A stretch of 63,587 nt of DNA, counting the filler, from Octopus bimaculoides (taxonomy: Eukaryota), in assembly GCF_001194135.2 (NCBI RefSeq). It is 5 parts of 4 records of this genome, joined end to end, with 100 filler letters (N's around TTAATTAATTAA, not from the genome) between each part and the next. Parts side by side here need not be neighbours in the genome. Positions count along the whole stretch, not along the records: positions 1 to 19,640 come from NC_068985.1; positions 19,741 to 37,897 come from NC_068991.1; 3 more parts are not named here. One strand, written 5' to 3'. The position numbers were made by a program, and so were the translations under genes. Positions 13,495-25,725 of the stretch are shown here, piece by piece. The number at the start of each line of letters is the position of its first letter. Position 1 is the stretch's first letter. Below the pieces are notes generated by a model, which worked only from the letters and a program-made list of their open reading frames with translations, had not been told where the DNA came from and ran no database searches.

Positions 13495-13634
13495 GCTTAG
13501 AACAGCTACATCAATAGTCACTGAAAGTTAAATGAGTAAATAATCCAACGGATGTACGTATCTTTTAAATTCTCTCTGTTGATCGGCATATGTCTTCATA
13601 GAAATCGATATTGATTTTATTATTTACATAATTG

Positions 13635-13947
13635 GAGGCGGTGAGCTTAGTTTGAATCGTTCGCGCGTCGAAAAAAAATACTTTGCGCTATTTATTCGTT
13701 TCAAATTTTGGCACAAGGCCAGTCATTTTTGGTGAGTGGCAAGTCATTTACATCGACTTGTGGTTATTTTATCGACCCAGAAGGATATAAGGCAAAGTCA
13801 ACCTTGGCGAAATTTGAACGCAGAAGCATTTTGTTTTCATCCTTTCGGAGTCGATAAATTAAGTAACAGTGAAACACTGGGATCGATGTAATCGATTATA
13901 CTCCTCTCCTAAATTTCAGGCCTTGTGCCTATAATAGAAAAGATTAT
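13635..13947. mobile_element. SINE B (+; head 13635-13700, core/tail 13830-13947) interrupted by 5'-truncated SINE B (-; 13701-13825)
   Basis: ggcggtgagct head; minus copy from ggcacaaggcc to atttgaacgcagaa; then ttttcatcctttcggagtcgataaattaagta..ccttgtgcctataatagaaa. Confidence 0.8.
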
Positions 13948-15020
13948 GCTTTTTTTTATGTTCTGAATTCAAATGTTACAGTGGTTGATTTTGCCTTCCA
14001 TTCCTCATCTCTTAAACATAGAACTGTATTATCCATCGTATGTTATTAATCATTTGAGCATATATATATANNNNNNNNNNNNNNNNNNNNNNNNNNNNNN
14101 NNNNNNNNNNNNNNNNNNNNNNNNNNNNNNNNNNNNNNNNNNNNNNNNNNNNNNNNNNNNNNNNNNNNNNNNNNNNNNNNNNNNNNNNNNNNNNNNNNNN
14201 NNNNNNNNNNNNNNNNNNNNNNNNNNNNNNNNNNNNNNNNNNNNNNNNNNNNNNNNNNNNNNNNNNNNNNNNNNNNNNNNNNNNNNNNNNNNNNNNNNNN
14301 NNNNNNNNNNNNNNNNNNNNNNNNNNNNNNNNNNNNNNNNNNNNNNNNNNNNNNNNNNNNNNNNNNNNNNNNNNNNNNNNNNNNNNNNNNNNNNNNNNNN
14401 NNNNNNNNNNNNNNNNNNNNNNNNNNNNNNNNNNNNNNNNNNNNNNNNNNNNNNNNNNNNNNNNNNNNNNNNNNNNNNNNNNNNNNNNNNNNNNNNNNNN
14501 NNNNNNNNNNNNNNNNNNNNNNNNNNNNNNNNNNNNNNNNNNNNNNNNNNNNNNNNNNNNNNNNNNNNNNNNNNNNNNNNNNNNNNNNNNNNNNNNNNNN
14601 NNNNNNNNNNNNNNNNNNNNNNNNNNNNNNNNNNNNNNNNNNNNNNNNNNNNNNNNNNNNNNNNNNNNNNNNNNNNNNNNNNNNNNNNNNNNNNNNNNNN
14701 NNNNNNNNNNNNNNNNNNNNNNNNNNNNNNNNNNNNNNNNNNNNNNNNNNNNNNNNNNNNNNNNNNNNNNNNNNNNNNNNNNNNNNNNNNNNNNNNNNNN
14801 NNNNNNNNNNNNNNNNNNNNNNNNNNNNNNNNNNNNNNNNNNNNNNNNNNNNNNNNNNNNNNNNNNNNNNNNNNNNNNNNNNNNNNNNNNNNNNNNNNNN
14901 NNNNNNNNNATTATCTCTCGCTACTTACTGATCAAGTGCTCTATTGCTTGTTCAACTTCATACCACGTGTACACACACAAAGACACAGACACGCACACAC
15001 ACACACACACACACACATTG

Positions 15021-15216
15021 GTTTCACATTTTAGCACAAGGCCAGCAGTTTCGACAGCAGCGACCCCAGTGTTCAAAACTAGTTCATATTTTATCGATCT
15101 AGAAAGAATGAAAAGCAAAGTCGACTCCAGCTGAATTTGAACTCAGAACGTAATGACGGACGAAATGCCGCTAAGCATTTAACTGAGTGTGCTAACGATT
15201 CTGCTAGTTTCCCGCC
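15021..15216 (-). mobile_element. SINE family B, near full length
   Basis: Tail gcacaaggccagcag, core, atttgaactcagaacg, head ctaacgattctgctagtttcccgcc. Confidence 0.9.
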
Positions 15217-16139
15217 TCACACACACACATACGTATTGTCTCATTAAGCATATGTTTGAAGGTTAAATCCATAGTTGTGTGCTCGTGTGTGCACGAATGA
15301 TGGATGGTGTGTGTGTGCATATATTATACACACCATAGTCTGTTCATGGTTAAATGTTACTTTTTACTGTATACATTTTCGAATCCATCTCTGTTTACAT
15401 TCCACCATAAACAAAGAATTAAAAACAAAACAGCGAAAAACAAGCGTAACAAGAAGAACGCTAAAGTATTGGTTAATAGTGTAAGGGGGTGGTAATGGAG
15501 CGAAGAAGGACGTTGGTACTGTTTGTACACAAGAACAACGGTGAAACATTAACTGCAGGCTTCAAGCTGAGAAAACAATCGATCGGTAGATATCGTGTAT
15601 ACTGCAATACTACGAAAAGAACAACTAAAATATTACTTGTATATCTCTCTGCTTGTGTAGAGAAGTGAAGTAAATGTAAACAGAGACTGCTTGCTAGAAG
15701 CCAAATATTTTGTACGAGTGGTCGGTCGTTTGGTGGTGGGGTGGAGTGAAATAACGAATATTCACGGATGTTCTCGAATAAATCAGAATGATTTCATTGT
15801 TTTGATTTCCATATCATTAATTTAACCATTGTTTGTTTATTCTTTGGTTTCCTTTTAAATATTTATTTGTTACCTTTCACCTTTGACCTTTCACTTGCTT
15901 CAGTCATTTTACTACGGCCATCCTGGGGCACCGCATTGAAGGGTTTTAGTAGAACAGATCGACCCTAGGGCTTATTAATTTCTGAAGCCTAGTACTTATT
16001 CTATCGGTCTCATTTGCTGAACCGCTAGTATGTGGGGACATAGACACATCACCACCGGATGTCAAGCAGTGAGGGAGACAAACACAGACACAAACATACA
16101 CACAAACACACATAGATATATACACACATATATAGATAT

Positions 16140-16360
16140 ATATCGTTGCTATTATGCAAAAGTGTCGTAAGTCCAAAATGTTACTTTCTTCAGAAAACGA
16201 AAAGAATAGTTTCACCATTCCATATCTTGGCATATGAAGCAGCTGGAGATACGATTGTTTGACCAAAAGAAGCAGCTATTGCAAGTAAAATTAAATATGT
16301 AAAAAAAGCGCATTTGGCCAAATTTGGACATACGATAGTTTAACATAATAGCAACGATAT
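16140..16360. mobile_element. MITE inserted in the microsatellite of SINE A
   Basis: Perfect 17-bp TIR atatcgttgctattatg (16140-16156) / cataatagcaacgatat (16344-16360), extending imperfectly to ~40 bp. Confidence 0.8.
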
Positions 16361-16507
16361 CTATAGGACGGGCTTCTTTCAGTCTACCGTCTACCAAATC
16401 CACTCACGAGGCTTTGGTCGGCCAGAGGCTACAGTGAAAGACAATTTCCCAAAGTGCCACGAAGTGAGACCGAACCTGGAACCATGTGATTGGAAAACAA
16501 GCTTCTT

Positions 16508-16740
16508 ATTTCTTTATTGCCCACAAGGGGCTAAACATAGAGGGGACAAACAAGGAAAGACAATGGGNNNNNNNNNNAAGGACAGACAAGGACCTCAGTG
16601 CGTAACTGGTAATTAATTTATCGATCCCGAAAGGATGCAAGGCAAAGTCGACCTCGGCGGAATTTGAACTGAGAACGTAACTGCAGACGAAATACCGCTA
16701 AGCATTTTGTCCGGCGCGCTAACGTTTCTGCCAGCTCGCC
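16508..16740 (-). mobile_element. SINE B variant-tail copy with 7-bp TSD
   Basis: Flanked by gcttctt at 16501-16507 and 16741-16747. Near-consensus head/core; tail tttctttattgcccacaaggggctaaacatagaggggacaaacaa is shared with 49157-49280. Confidence 0.9.
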
Positions 16741-16802
16741 GCTTCTTACCACACGGCTGGAGCCTTCATTTGATCCTTAGCCATCGTTATTTTTTAATCT
16801 TT

Positions 16803-16852
16803 TATCGTTTACCTGCTTCAGTCATTGGACCGTGGCCTTGCTGGAGCACCGC
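16803..16852 (-). mobile_element. SINE A 3' tail fragment
   Basis: cctgcttcagtcattggaccgtggccttgctggagcaccgc. Confidence 0.75.
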
Positions 16853-17237
16853 ATCTAGACGACGTATCAGAATTACCAAATGGCAATTACGATCAACATC
16901 CGATTGAACGCCGCTAAAACTCATCCAACGAACAAGCGGTGATGCTAAACTGATTGCATAATCATATTATTTTCAGTTCTATCAATACTTATGTTAACAA
17001 TTACGGAAGCACGAACTCGATTAAAACCAATATGGAAAATCGTTAAGAGCAAACTATTTCTATATTTAGACGAGAAGGAAGAAAGGATAAACAATTAAAT
17101 ATAATGACAAACAATACACAAGGTCATAAATTATGTTCTTAATATTGAAAAGAAAAAAAAAAGAACTGAAAATACAATCTTTCCATATTAAAAAGTACTT
17201 AACTCGTGGGTCAATGACTTCGTTATTCCATACAAGG

Positions 17238-17382
17238 AATTTATATAACTTAAACTGGCACTCTGTCGCTTTCGTCGACGAGGGTTCCAATTTATCCGAT
17301 CAAAAAAAAAAAAAAAGCCTGATCGTGAAATTAACGTGCAAATGGCTGAGTACTCCACAGACACGCGTGCCTTTAATGTAAN
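17238..17382 (-). mobile_element. probable interspersed repeat remnant (SINE/LINE tail), runs into gap
   Basis: cgtgaaattaacgtgcaaatggctgagtactccacagacacgcgtgcc recognised from memory of cephalopod repeats; single copy here, so not verifiable within the window. Confidence 0.35.
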
Positions 17383-18120
17383 NNNNNNNNNNNNNNNNNN
17401 NNNNNNNNNNNNNNNNNNNNNNNNNNNNNNNNNNNNNNNNNNNNNNNNNNNNNNNNNNNNNNNNNNNNNNNNNNNNNNNNNNNNNNNNNNNNNNNNNNNN
17501 NNNNNNNNNNNNNNNNNNNNNNNNNNNNNNNNNNNNNNNNNNNNNNNNNNNNNNNNNNNNNNNNNNNNNNNNNNNNNNNNNNNNNNNNNNNNNNNNNNNN
17601 NNNNNNNNNNNNNNNNNNNNNNNNNNNNNNNNNNNNNNNNNNNNNNNNNNNNNNNNNNNNNNNNNNNNNNNNNNNNNNNNNNNNNNNNNNNNNNNNNNNN
17701 NNNNNNNNNNNNNNNNNNNNNNNNNNNNNNNNNNNNNNNNNNNNNNNNNNNNNNNNNNNNNNNNNNNNNNNNNNNNNNNNNNNNNNNNNNNNNNNNNNNN
17801 NNNNNNNNNNNNNNNNNNNNNNNNNNNNNNNNNNNNNNNNNNNNNNNNNNNNNNNNNNNNNNNNNNNNNNNNNNNNNNNNNNNNNNNNNNNNNNNNNNNN
17901 NNNNNNNNNNNNNNNNNNNNNNNNNNNNNNNNNNNNNNNNNNNNNNNNNNNNNNNNNNNNNNNNNNNNNNNNNNNNNNNNNNNNNNNNNNNNNNNNNNNN
18001 NNNNNNNNNNNNNNNNNNNNNNNNNNNNNNNNNNNNNNNNNNNNNNNNNNNNNNNNNNNNNNNNNNNNNNNNNNNNNNNNNNNNNNNNNNNNNNNNNNCC
18101 ACTACTACTACTACTACTAT

Positions 18121-18164
<44 letters not shown>

Positions 18165-18810
18165 TTTTCGTCCTGCCTTCTTGCCTTGCACTTTACTTCT
18201 TGTATTACGCATCACTTCCTGTATTAAACTATATTTCCTGTATTATATTTCTTGTGTTACACTGTTATAGTTTCCAGAATTTGTTATATTATGCGGCACT
18301 TTTATTTATCCGAAACATACCAGCACTTGTTTCTATACCAATATTTTCTATATGACATATACTTCCATTATTACACAGCATATCCTGCATTACTCTACAC
18401 TATCTCTACAACTCTCAACTTGTATTACCATTTATTACTACATTATATATCCTTGAACCGGTAACTAGCTGGCAGAGGTTCTGCCTGGGGTTAAAATGGT
18501 AGTAACGTCGAAAAGCCATATTGATGTGGCGATAAATATTACTTCTTAGTATGGTTACTACTTTCATCTCTTATTGAGATTTTTCTAACTAGCTACTTCC
18601 TATATTATTTTGTACTTATTCTACAAACTTACTTTCCGAATCATCCTGTACTTCCTGAATATAACTTTGTACTTCCTATATAACATACCATTTCTTGTTT
18701 CAATCTGTACTTCCAGTATTTGTCTATCCTTTCTGTTATTGAGAGGTTTCAACTGAGTTCTGGATCATAGTTCTCAGATTTTCTCAGCTCAGAACCTGAC
18801 CTCCTGTATT
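18165..18810. repeat. degenerate minisatellite with recurring (t)acttcctgtatt motif
   Basis: Motif variants at 18196, 18215, 18234, 18248, 18595, 18649, 18671, 18708, 18800. Confidence 0.6.
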
Positions 18811-19259
18811 TTCATAAATAGAAAAGGTCACCATAAAAGACGTTAAGGTGTATGTGAATATAACTCGACCAGTTCGCATTAGCTGACTTCTTATTGTTTG
18901 TGCGGTAAACTTAAAAGAAAATATGTGAATTTTACCGCCAAACAGTTTTGCCGAATTGTCTAGAAAGGTGGCTTGTTACAATTATAAACAGCTGTCCAGA
19001 CGAATCGATGACACTTGGTTCAGTGAGTTGGTCTCCACCACTTCAACTTTTCTTATTTAATATGCTTATGTCATATTCCACGAAATACGCCAGCCTTAAC
19101 TTGTGGTGTTGTGTAACGCACATTAATTATATGCAGTGATTTAAATTCTTTGCACTACTTGCATAAAATTGTCTGGCAAGCTGAATTACAGATGATTCCG
19201 AAGTGTTGTATTCGCTGCTTTATGAACTTTATAATAATTTATTTGTAGTTTCAGATGTA

Positions 19260-19424
19260 GGCACAGACATAACTGCATGGTTAAGAAACTTGCTTTTGAC
19301 CCACGTTTCAAATTCTATCCCATCGCTCAGTACCTTCGACAAGTATTTTCTACTATAACCCCGGACTGGCCAGTGCTTTGTGAGGGGATTTGGTAGACAG
19401 AAACTATGTAGAAAACAGTCGTAT
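19260..19424 (+). mobile_element. SINE A head, old
   Basis: ggttaagaaacttgc..taccttcgacaagtattttctactataacc..gatttggtagacagaaact. Confidence 0.78.
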
Positions 19425-19640
19425 TGAAATCAGAGTTTCCGGGAAATTCATGTTGTATCTATATTATATAAATGTTTTCTCGGATCTTTTTTAAAACGGG
19501 GGCCACATTTTTCATTAATGTTTTACGTAGTGTTTTTGGTACCGAAAGACTTTCAAACTTCGTATACTTATCTATTTTGTGTTATAGAACAGAAAAATAT
19601 TTTTGTATTCGAATTTATTTCATGTAAAAAATTGTCTTAT

Positions 19641-19740
19641 NNNNNNNNNNNNNNNNNNNNNNNNNNNNNNNNNNNNNNNNNNNNTTAATTAATTAANNNN
19701 NNNNNNNNNNNNNNNNNNNNNNNNNNNNNNNNNNNNNNNN
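19641..19740. other. assembly linker N44-TTAATTAATTAA-N44 (also 37898-37997, 56060-56159, 62353-62452)
   Basis: Four identical 100-bp cassettes; TTAATTAATTAA is palindromic and gives stops in all six frames. Confidence 0.95.
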
Positions 19741-19869
19741 TATTTAATCGACCCCGAAAGGATGAAAGGCAAAGTCGACCTCGGCGGAATTTGAACTCAG
19801 AACGTAGCGGGCAGACGAAATACCGCTAAGCATTTCGCCCGGTGTGCTAACGGTTCTGCCAGCTCGCCG
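19741..19869 (-). mobile_element. SINE B, young (near-consensus) head and core
   Basis: atcgaccccgaaaggatgaaaggcaaagtcgacctcggcggaatttgaactcagaacg..gctaacggttctgccagctcgcc. Confidence 0.93.
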
Positions 19870-20084
19870 TGTACATGTGTACGTGTGTATGTGTACGTGT
19901 GTATGTATGCGTACGTACGTGTGTGCACGTACATATGTATATGTGCGTATATATATATGTATATATATGTGTATATATATACATGTACATATATGTATAT
20001 ATGTATGCATATATGGATACATACATACATATATATATGTTTGTGTGTATGTGTGTGTGTGTCTGTGTGTCTGTGTATCTACAT

Positions 20085-20250
20085 ATGTGCATATATGGGT
20101 ACAGGACGTTACCAACTGTGTAAACAACATGAAGTACGAAAACAAACAGGTTAAATACGCAAACAAGGAGAGAGAAATATAAACACAGAGAACGACCCTT
20201 CATCGGTTGTAGGCTTACTATCAACTCATCATTTAAAGCTTTCAATGACA
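20085..20250 (+). repeat. microsatellite-associated interspersed repeat, class unresolved (second copy 47030-47135 on - strand)
   Basis: gtgcatat.tgggtacaggac.tt..aaac.. and ..agagaac...cttcatc.g shared in opposite orientation. Confidence 0.55.
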
Positions 20251-20539
20251 ATATTAGTATTAGGACAGTATATATATATATATATANNNNNNNNNNNNNN
20301 NNNNNNNNNNNNNNNNNNNNNNNNNNNNNNNNNNNNNNNNNNNNNNNNNNNNNNNNNNNNNNNNNNNNNNNNNNNNNNNNNNNNNNNNNNNNNNNNNNNN
20401 NNNNNNNNNNNNNNNNNNNNNNNNNNNNNNNNNNNNNNNNNNNNNNNNNTGTGTGTGTGACTGTGTGTATACCTGATTATACATGTAATATACACACTGT
20501 TAGCGTAGCTTTGCTCCACCCTGTACAAATAAATTATGA

Positions 20540-21960
20540 TACGTATATATGTATATACGCATGTATAAATTACATACATACATAACACATACAAACATAC
20601 ATGTGTATACATATATATGTGTGTGTGTGTGTGTGTGTGCGCGTATGTTTGTATGCATGTATATCTGTATATATATCTACTTTATGTAGGCGTGTATGTG
20701 TGTATACACATATGTGTATATATAAATATATATACATATATAAAATAATGTATATATATAAATATATACATATATATATGTATGTATGCATGCATGCATG
20801 CATGCATGTATGTATGTATGTATTTATGTATGTATGTAATTATATATGTATGTATGTATGTCTGTATGTATATATATATGTATGTATGTATGTATGCATG
20901 TACGTATGTGTGTATCACAGAAGGGAGACGGAGCTTTATATTGACGCAAATTACGCCTTCGCTTCATTGTTATCAACACCGAATATCGGTGAATTGTCAA
21001 AGAAGAGAAGTTATTAAATGAGTTTGCGTGGGCAACATGTTGGCAGTAGTTGTTGGTATTGGATTCTCAGTCAAGAGAAGATTAAATACCACATATATTC
21101 GATGCTCAAATAATATTCAATTATTTTCACTAGATAATTCAGAAAATATATCGTTTATTTACTTACCACACCTTCTATAAATCAAATTTCTATAAATGCA
21201 ATTTATTAAATGTTTGTTATAAAAGGTTACCAATAAGAACTGACTAAACCTTTAATAACGGCACCAATACGCATCAAACATATTCACACAAATATACTCA
21301 CATGTTACCCTTACATATCAAGAATTTGTGACAATTATTATGAGTTGTGTGTACATATATATATATTTTTATATATATATACGCACACACATTTTACATA
21401 TATATATATATATAACCCGCAGTATCCATCAACAAAATATACGATTTATCGTATTGCACCGATATGCCCTTCTGGCAAATTTCAGACCTCTGACTTCCGA
21501 CAACCTGGATATGCCACCTTAGCACCAGCTGCTACTTTGCATCGCCTGCACCGCCCTACAAACCAGCCCACCCATGAGCAGGACCACCATTTACCAATAC
21601 CCAACGTTTACTAGCCCCCAAGGCATACCAACCACCAACGCTTGATTTGCGCGTATATACTTGCGCACGCACAACTGCGCATGAACATGTGCACGCGCAT
21701 GCGTATGTGAGCACAAACTGGTATGCATACGTAAAACCATGCAAATATACATATGTACATATGAATGAATACGCATGTGATGTATGCATGTATGTGTGTG
21801 CATGTGTGCGTAAGCATGCGCATGTCTGTGTTTGTGTATGCGTATGTTTATGAGCATGTGTGTGTGTTCGTGTGTGTGTGTTTGGAGAGATGCACTTTCG
21901 TGCCCGTGTACACATGCGCACACTGTCATCGATATACACATGCATGCGAATCTATATGAG
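20540..21960. repeat. (AT)/(GTAT)/(GCAT)/(CA) compound microsatellite tracts with short unique intervals
   Basis: Directly visible at 20540-20910, 21350-21415 and 21620-21960. Confidence 0.85.
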
Positions 21961-22326
21961 CGCGTCTACACACCCACGATAGAAATATATACCTGCACAT
22001 GCCGCCCTGTCCTACTTAATCCTGACAACCTGACGGATTTCTTATCGCTATTTCGCTGATGACTAGCACAGTGCTTCTAAATCTAAGGCTACCAACGAAT
22101 TTGAATGAAACTGTTTTGATCCAAGCATATGACTCCCAATAAATTGGTTGAGTGCCTTTCTTTTGCTTGTCCACTAACTCGCATATATATAAATATATAT
22201 ATAATCAAAATAAGCAACAAGGATATCCAGAGGAAATGCAGTACGATCGTTTCATGCGACTCCATTTAATTGAACAATGTAAATCTTATATCAGACATTA
22301 CATCAAATACACACACACGCGCGCAC

Positions 22327-22370
<44 letters not shown>

Positions 22371-22397
22371 GCATACAAACATGCATACATACATACA

Positions 22398-22434
<37 letters not shown>

Positions 22435-22609
22435 NNNNNNNNNNNNNNNNNNNNNNNNNNNNNNNNNNNNNNNNNNNNNNNNNNNNNNNNNNNNNNNNNN
22501 NNNNNNNNNNNNNNNNNNNNNNNNNNNNNNNNNNNNNNNNNNNNNNNNNNNNNNNNNNNNNNNNNNNNNNNNNNNNNNNNNNNNNNNNNNNNNNNNNNNN
22601 NNNNNNNTG

Positions 22610-22721
<112 letters not shown>

Positions 22722-23654
22722 ATATATATATGTACATATATATATGCATATTATTTTTATATAGTGTGTATATTTACATAAATATATGCATATGCATACA
22801 TACAAACTGTATTAATGTATCTATTCACTCTCTCGTTGTCTCTCTCTATATATATGTATGCACACATATGTGTGTACATATCTATGTATGTATGTATTCA
22901 CACACATACACATATATACTACGAGAGCGACGAATATTTCCAGTGAGATAGATAAATACTTATGTGTGTGAGCTTGAATTCATATGTAAATGTTCGTTTT
23001 GTGGAAGGAAGTGAATGCATACAAGAAGTAATATTTCGGAATCCGTTCATAAATCTGTATAATATCAGTAGAATAACAGTTCTGATGTTGATTTTGCTGA
23101 ACATTGAGTGCCCTAAAGACAAGCAAGTGGAAGTAAATAAGTAAATAACTTACTGTATGTTTGCTTCTTTATTTTTACCAAGCTGTTGCTGAAGCTGTTA
23201 GAAGACAAATATGTCCACAGAGTATAAAGATGAATGTAATTTATAGCAGGCGTTTTTTTTTTCTCCACTACAGTTGAAGGAAAGCACAACATATTTACAT
23301 CGTAGTCAAATAACGTATCCCTGTAAGACAAAGAAAAGTTAAAACATAACCAACATCGCTAGACTGCATATATATATATATGTGTGTGTATGTGTGTGTG
23401 TGTATGCATATATATATACGTATGTATGTATTATGTATATATATATATAGACATATATATATATATGTTGCAAAAAAGGCAACATAATCCATGCCAATGA
23501 TTTTTACTTTAGAAGAAAAATAATTGCCTTATATTTTTTCTTTCTCTTTCGCTTCTTTTCTTTGTTCTTTTGTTCTTTTGTCATCGCTGAACAAAAATCC
23601 GTTTTATTGTTCTCTCTTCCGTAAGTTCTTATGTTTTTGCTGTGCATTTTGTGG

Positions 23655-24356
23655 TGGATTTATCAATCAGGAAGGATGGTTGATCAGTTCTTTAACTGTT
23701 CTCGCTAAGTGTTGAAACACAGCAGAAATGTATTGCTTTAAACTGATTTTAAGGGAAATGGTATTGCAAAAAGCACCATGAGATAACGAAGTGACGAAGA
23801 TGTAGGAAAGAAATAGGCAGATGGAATTAAGGCTAAATGCACTTCTCTCGTTCAAACTCTGAAATATAACAACTGCAATAGAACCGATACCAGCACCACC
23901 AGTCTTACCTTTGATAGCCACAGGAAGAACGGTAACTATGTAACCAGCAATGATATTTACACATCTTCAATACCGTCAGAACAGCTGGAAAATAAAGACG
24001 GTACTATTATACCCTAATCGTAGTACCATTAGGGACAGTGAAGGATAACATTGCGAAATGGATATTCCACTGTCGAAGCGAAGTCTCCTTATTGACCCAT
24101 TACGTCTCTTCGTCACACGAATAGAAAATGAAAAAGCAGAAGAGTTGACAAATTCTAATAAGTTGAAGTATGAAATCATTAGGGTATGGAAAATAAAGAC
24201 GGTACTATTATGTCCCCAATCGTAGTACCATTAGGGACAGTGAAGGATAACATTGCGAAATGGAGAGGATAAATCGTATTTTATTGAGGTAACGCTATTG
24301 CGAAATGCTTACAAAATGGGAGCAACTAAAATATTACAAAGAGCACTCTATCACTA
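23655..24356 (+). mobile_element. decayed non-LTR retrotransposon with restriction-like endonuclease (R4/Dong/NeSL-like), ORF C-terminus
   Basis: From ~24087 LLIDPLRLFVTRIENEKAEELTNSNKLKYEIIRVWKNKDGTIMSPIVVPLGTVKDNIAKW, then ..EVTLLRNAYKMGATKILQRALYH*. Matches the RLE pattern IID-x-EK-KY-L-EI-RLWK-PIVVGALGT-QK-LLGTA-ILR. Weaker upstream matches (FINQEG-LIS; LIA-QE-NYV). Confidence 0.6.
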
Positions 24357-25134
24357 GATTGATTAAAGGGCATGGGAAAGATAAGTTGGAGGTAGCATGG
24401 CCCCTATTTCTACAAGTTATAGCCCACTGTCGCAGCAGAAAAGTGCTCATGTTATCAAAAACCATACTGAGCTCATAGCTATAATAACAATTATAATGTT
24501 ATCGATTCACGGTTTCCGAAACCATTTTTATATGACAGAGATAATAAAAACATTTGTTCCAATATAAAACTCTACAACAAATCATTCGCAGATGTGAGCG
24601 GCAAAAATAATATAATACAATCTCCGCTTCTGTAAGTCTGTTAGAGTCAGAGACAGTGTGACAGGCATGAGCGCACTACGTCAGGCCGTTATGTGAGACA
24701 AAAAGAAAAGAGGTAAAGAAACAAAATAAAATGGTTCAGACTCTATTTAGTTCAGCCGTTATTTAGTTCAGGCTCTTTTTAGTTCTCAATGAAAGAAAGT
24801 GTACTACATGAGATAGAATGTACTAATTGTAGGGAAATTCAGTATCAGCCGTTTCTGACACCAAAAATGGGTCAAACATCAGTTTAAGGTTCAGAATTTT
24901 GCTTCTAGTTGAGCTTGAGAGGCGAGAAAAGGATGAGTGCGATGTCAGGATGTTATGGAAGATAAACCTAAGAACATATTTGCTGTTTATTTCAGTCATT
25001 TCACCTGCTTTCGGTCAGTCAGCAAATCATTCAAGTCTGTATTTTTCAAATTTGGCCATCTCCACAAACTCTTGGCAAAGTTAACATAGAAAGAGAGAAA
25101 GAGAGAGAATATAAATATCACAACACACTCGTCT

Positions 25135-25369
25135 TTTTATTCTTTTTCCTTGTTTCAGTCATCTTACTGCGGCCATGCTGAAGCACCGGCATTTTAGTCG
25201 AGCAAATCGATCCCAGAACTAATTTTTCCTAAGCCTAGTACTTATTCTATCGGACTCTTTTGCCGAACCGATAAGTTACGGAGACGTAAACACACCAGCG
25301 TCGGTTATCAAGCAATGATGGGGGTGGGAACAAACGCAGACACACAAAAAAACGCGCGCACACACACAC

Positions 25370-25401
<32 letters not shown>

Positions 25402-25538
25402 GACGTGCTTCTTTCAGTTTCCGTCTACCAAATCCACTCACAAGACGCTGGTTGGCCCAAGGTGCCACGCAGTGGGACTGAACCCGGAACCGAGTGGTTG
25501 GTAAGCAAGCTACTCACCACACAGCCACTCGTGCGCCT
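25135..25538 (-). mobile_element. SINE family A, full length with ~26-bp internal deletion
   Basis: Tail, (AT)n and head intact except that the segment between two gccc motifs (gaggctatagtagaagacactt in other copies) is missing. Confidence 0.92.
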
Positions 25539-25689
25539 ATACACAATAATTCAAAATGATAGTTATAAAATGCACGTAGACAACATGTAATACAAATACA
25601 TGCTAGGCTCTTGAGATGTATTTAGATATATCTATAAAGCAAACAACACCAATAATGATAGTATATTAAAGGCATCAGAACTGACATCT

Positions 25690-25725
<36 letters not shown>

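Larger units (their letters stand above)
15890..16764 (-). mobile_element. SINE family A hosting two nested insertions
   Basis: Tail 15890-16110, head 16367-16507, remaining 5' end (accacacggc) resumes at 16748. Confidence 0.82.

Noticed and set aside
19455-19640. Possible Helitron or DNA-element 5' end (a|tctatattatataa)
   Set aside because: Cut by an assembly linker; no 3' hairpin/CTAG or second copy.
19741-19869. tRNA genes in SINE heads
   Set aside because: A/B-box-like motifs are present, but there is no cloverleaf or acceptor stem and they continue into SINE cores.
23667-23987. Minus-strand ORF or exon (..AIKGKTGGAGIG..; ag..AAG|GTAAGA)
   Set aside because: Antisense to the RLE LINE relic; no recognisable peptide.
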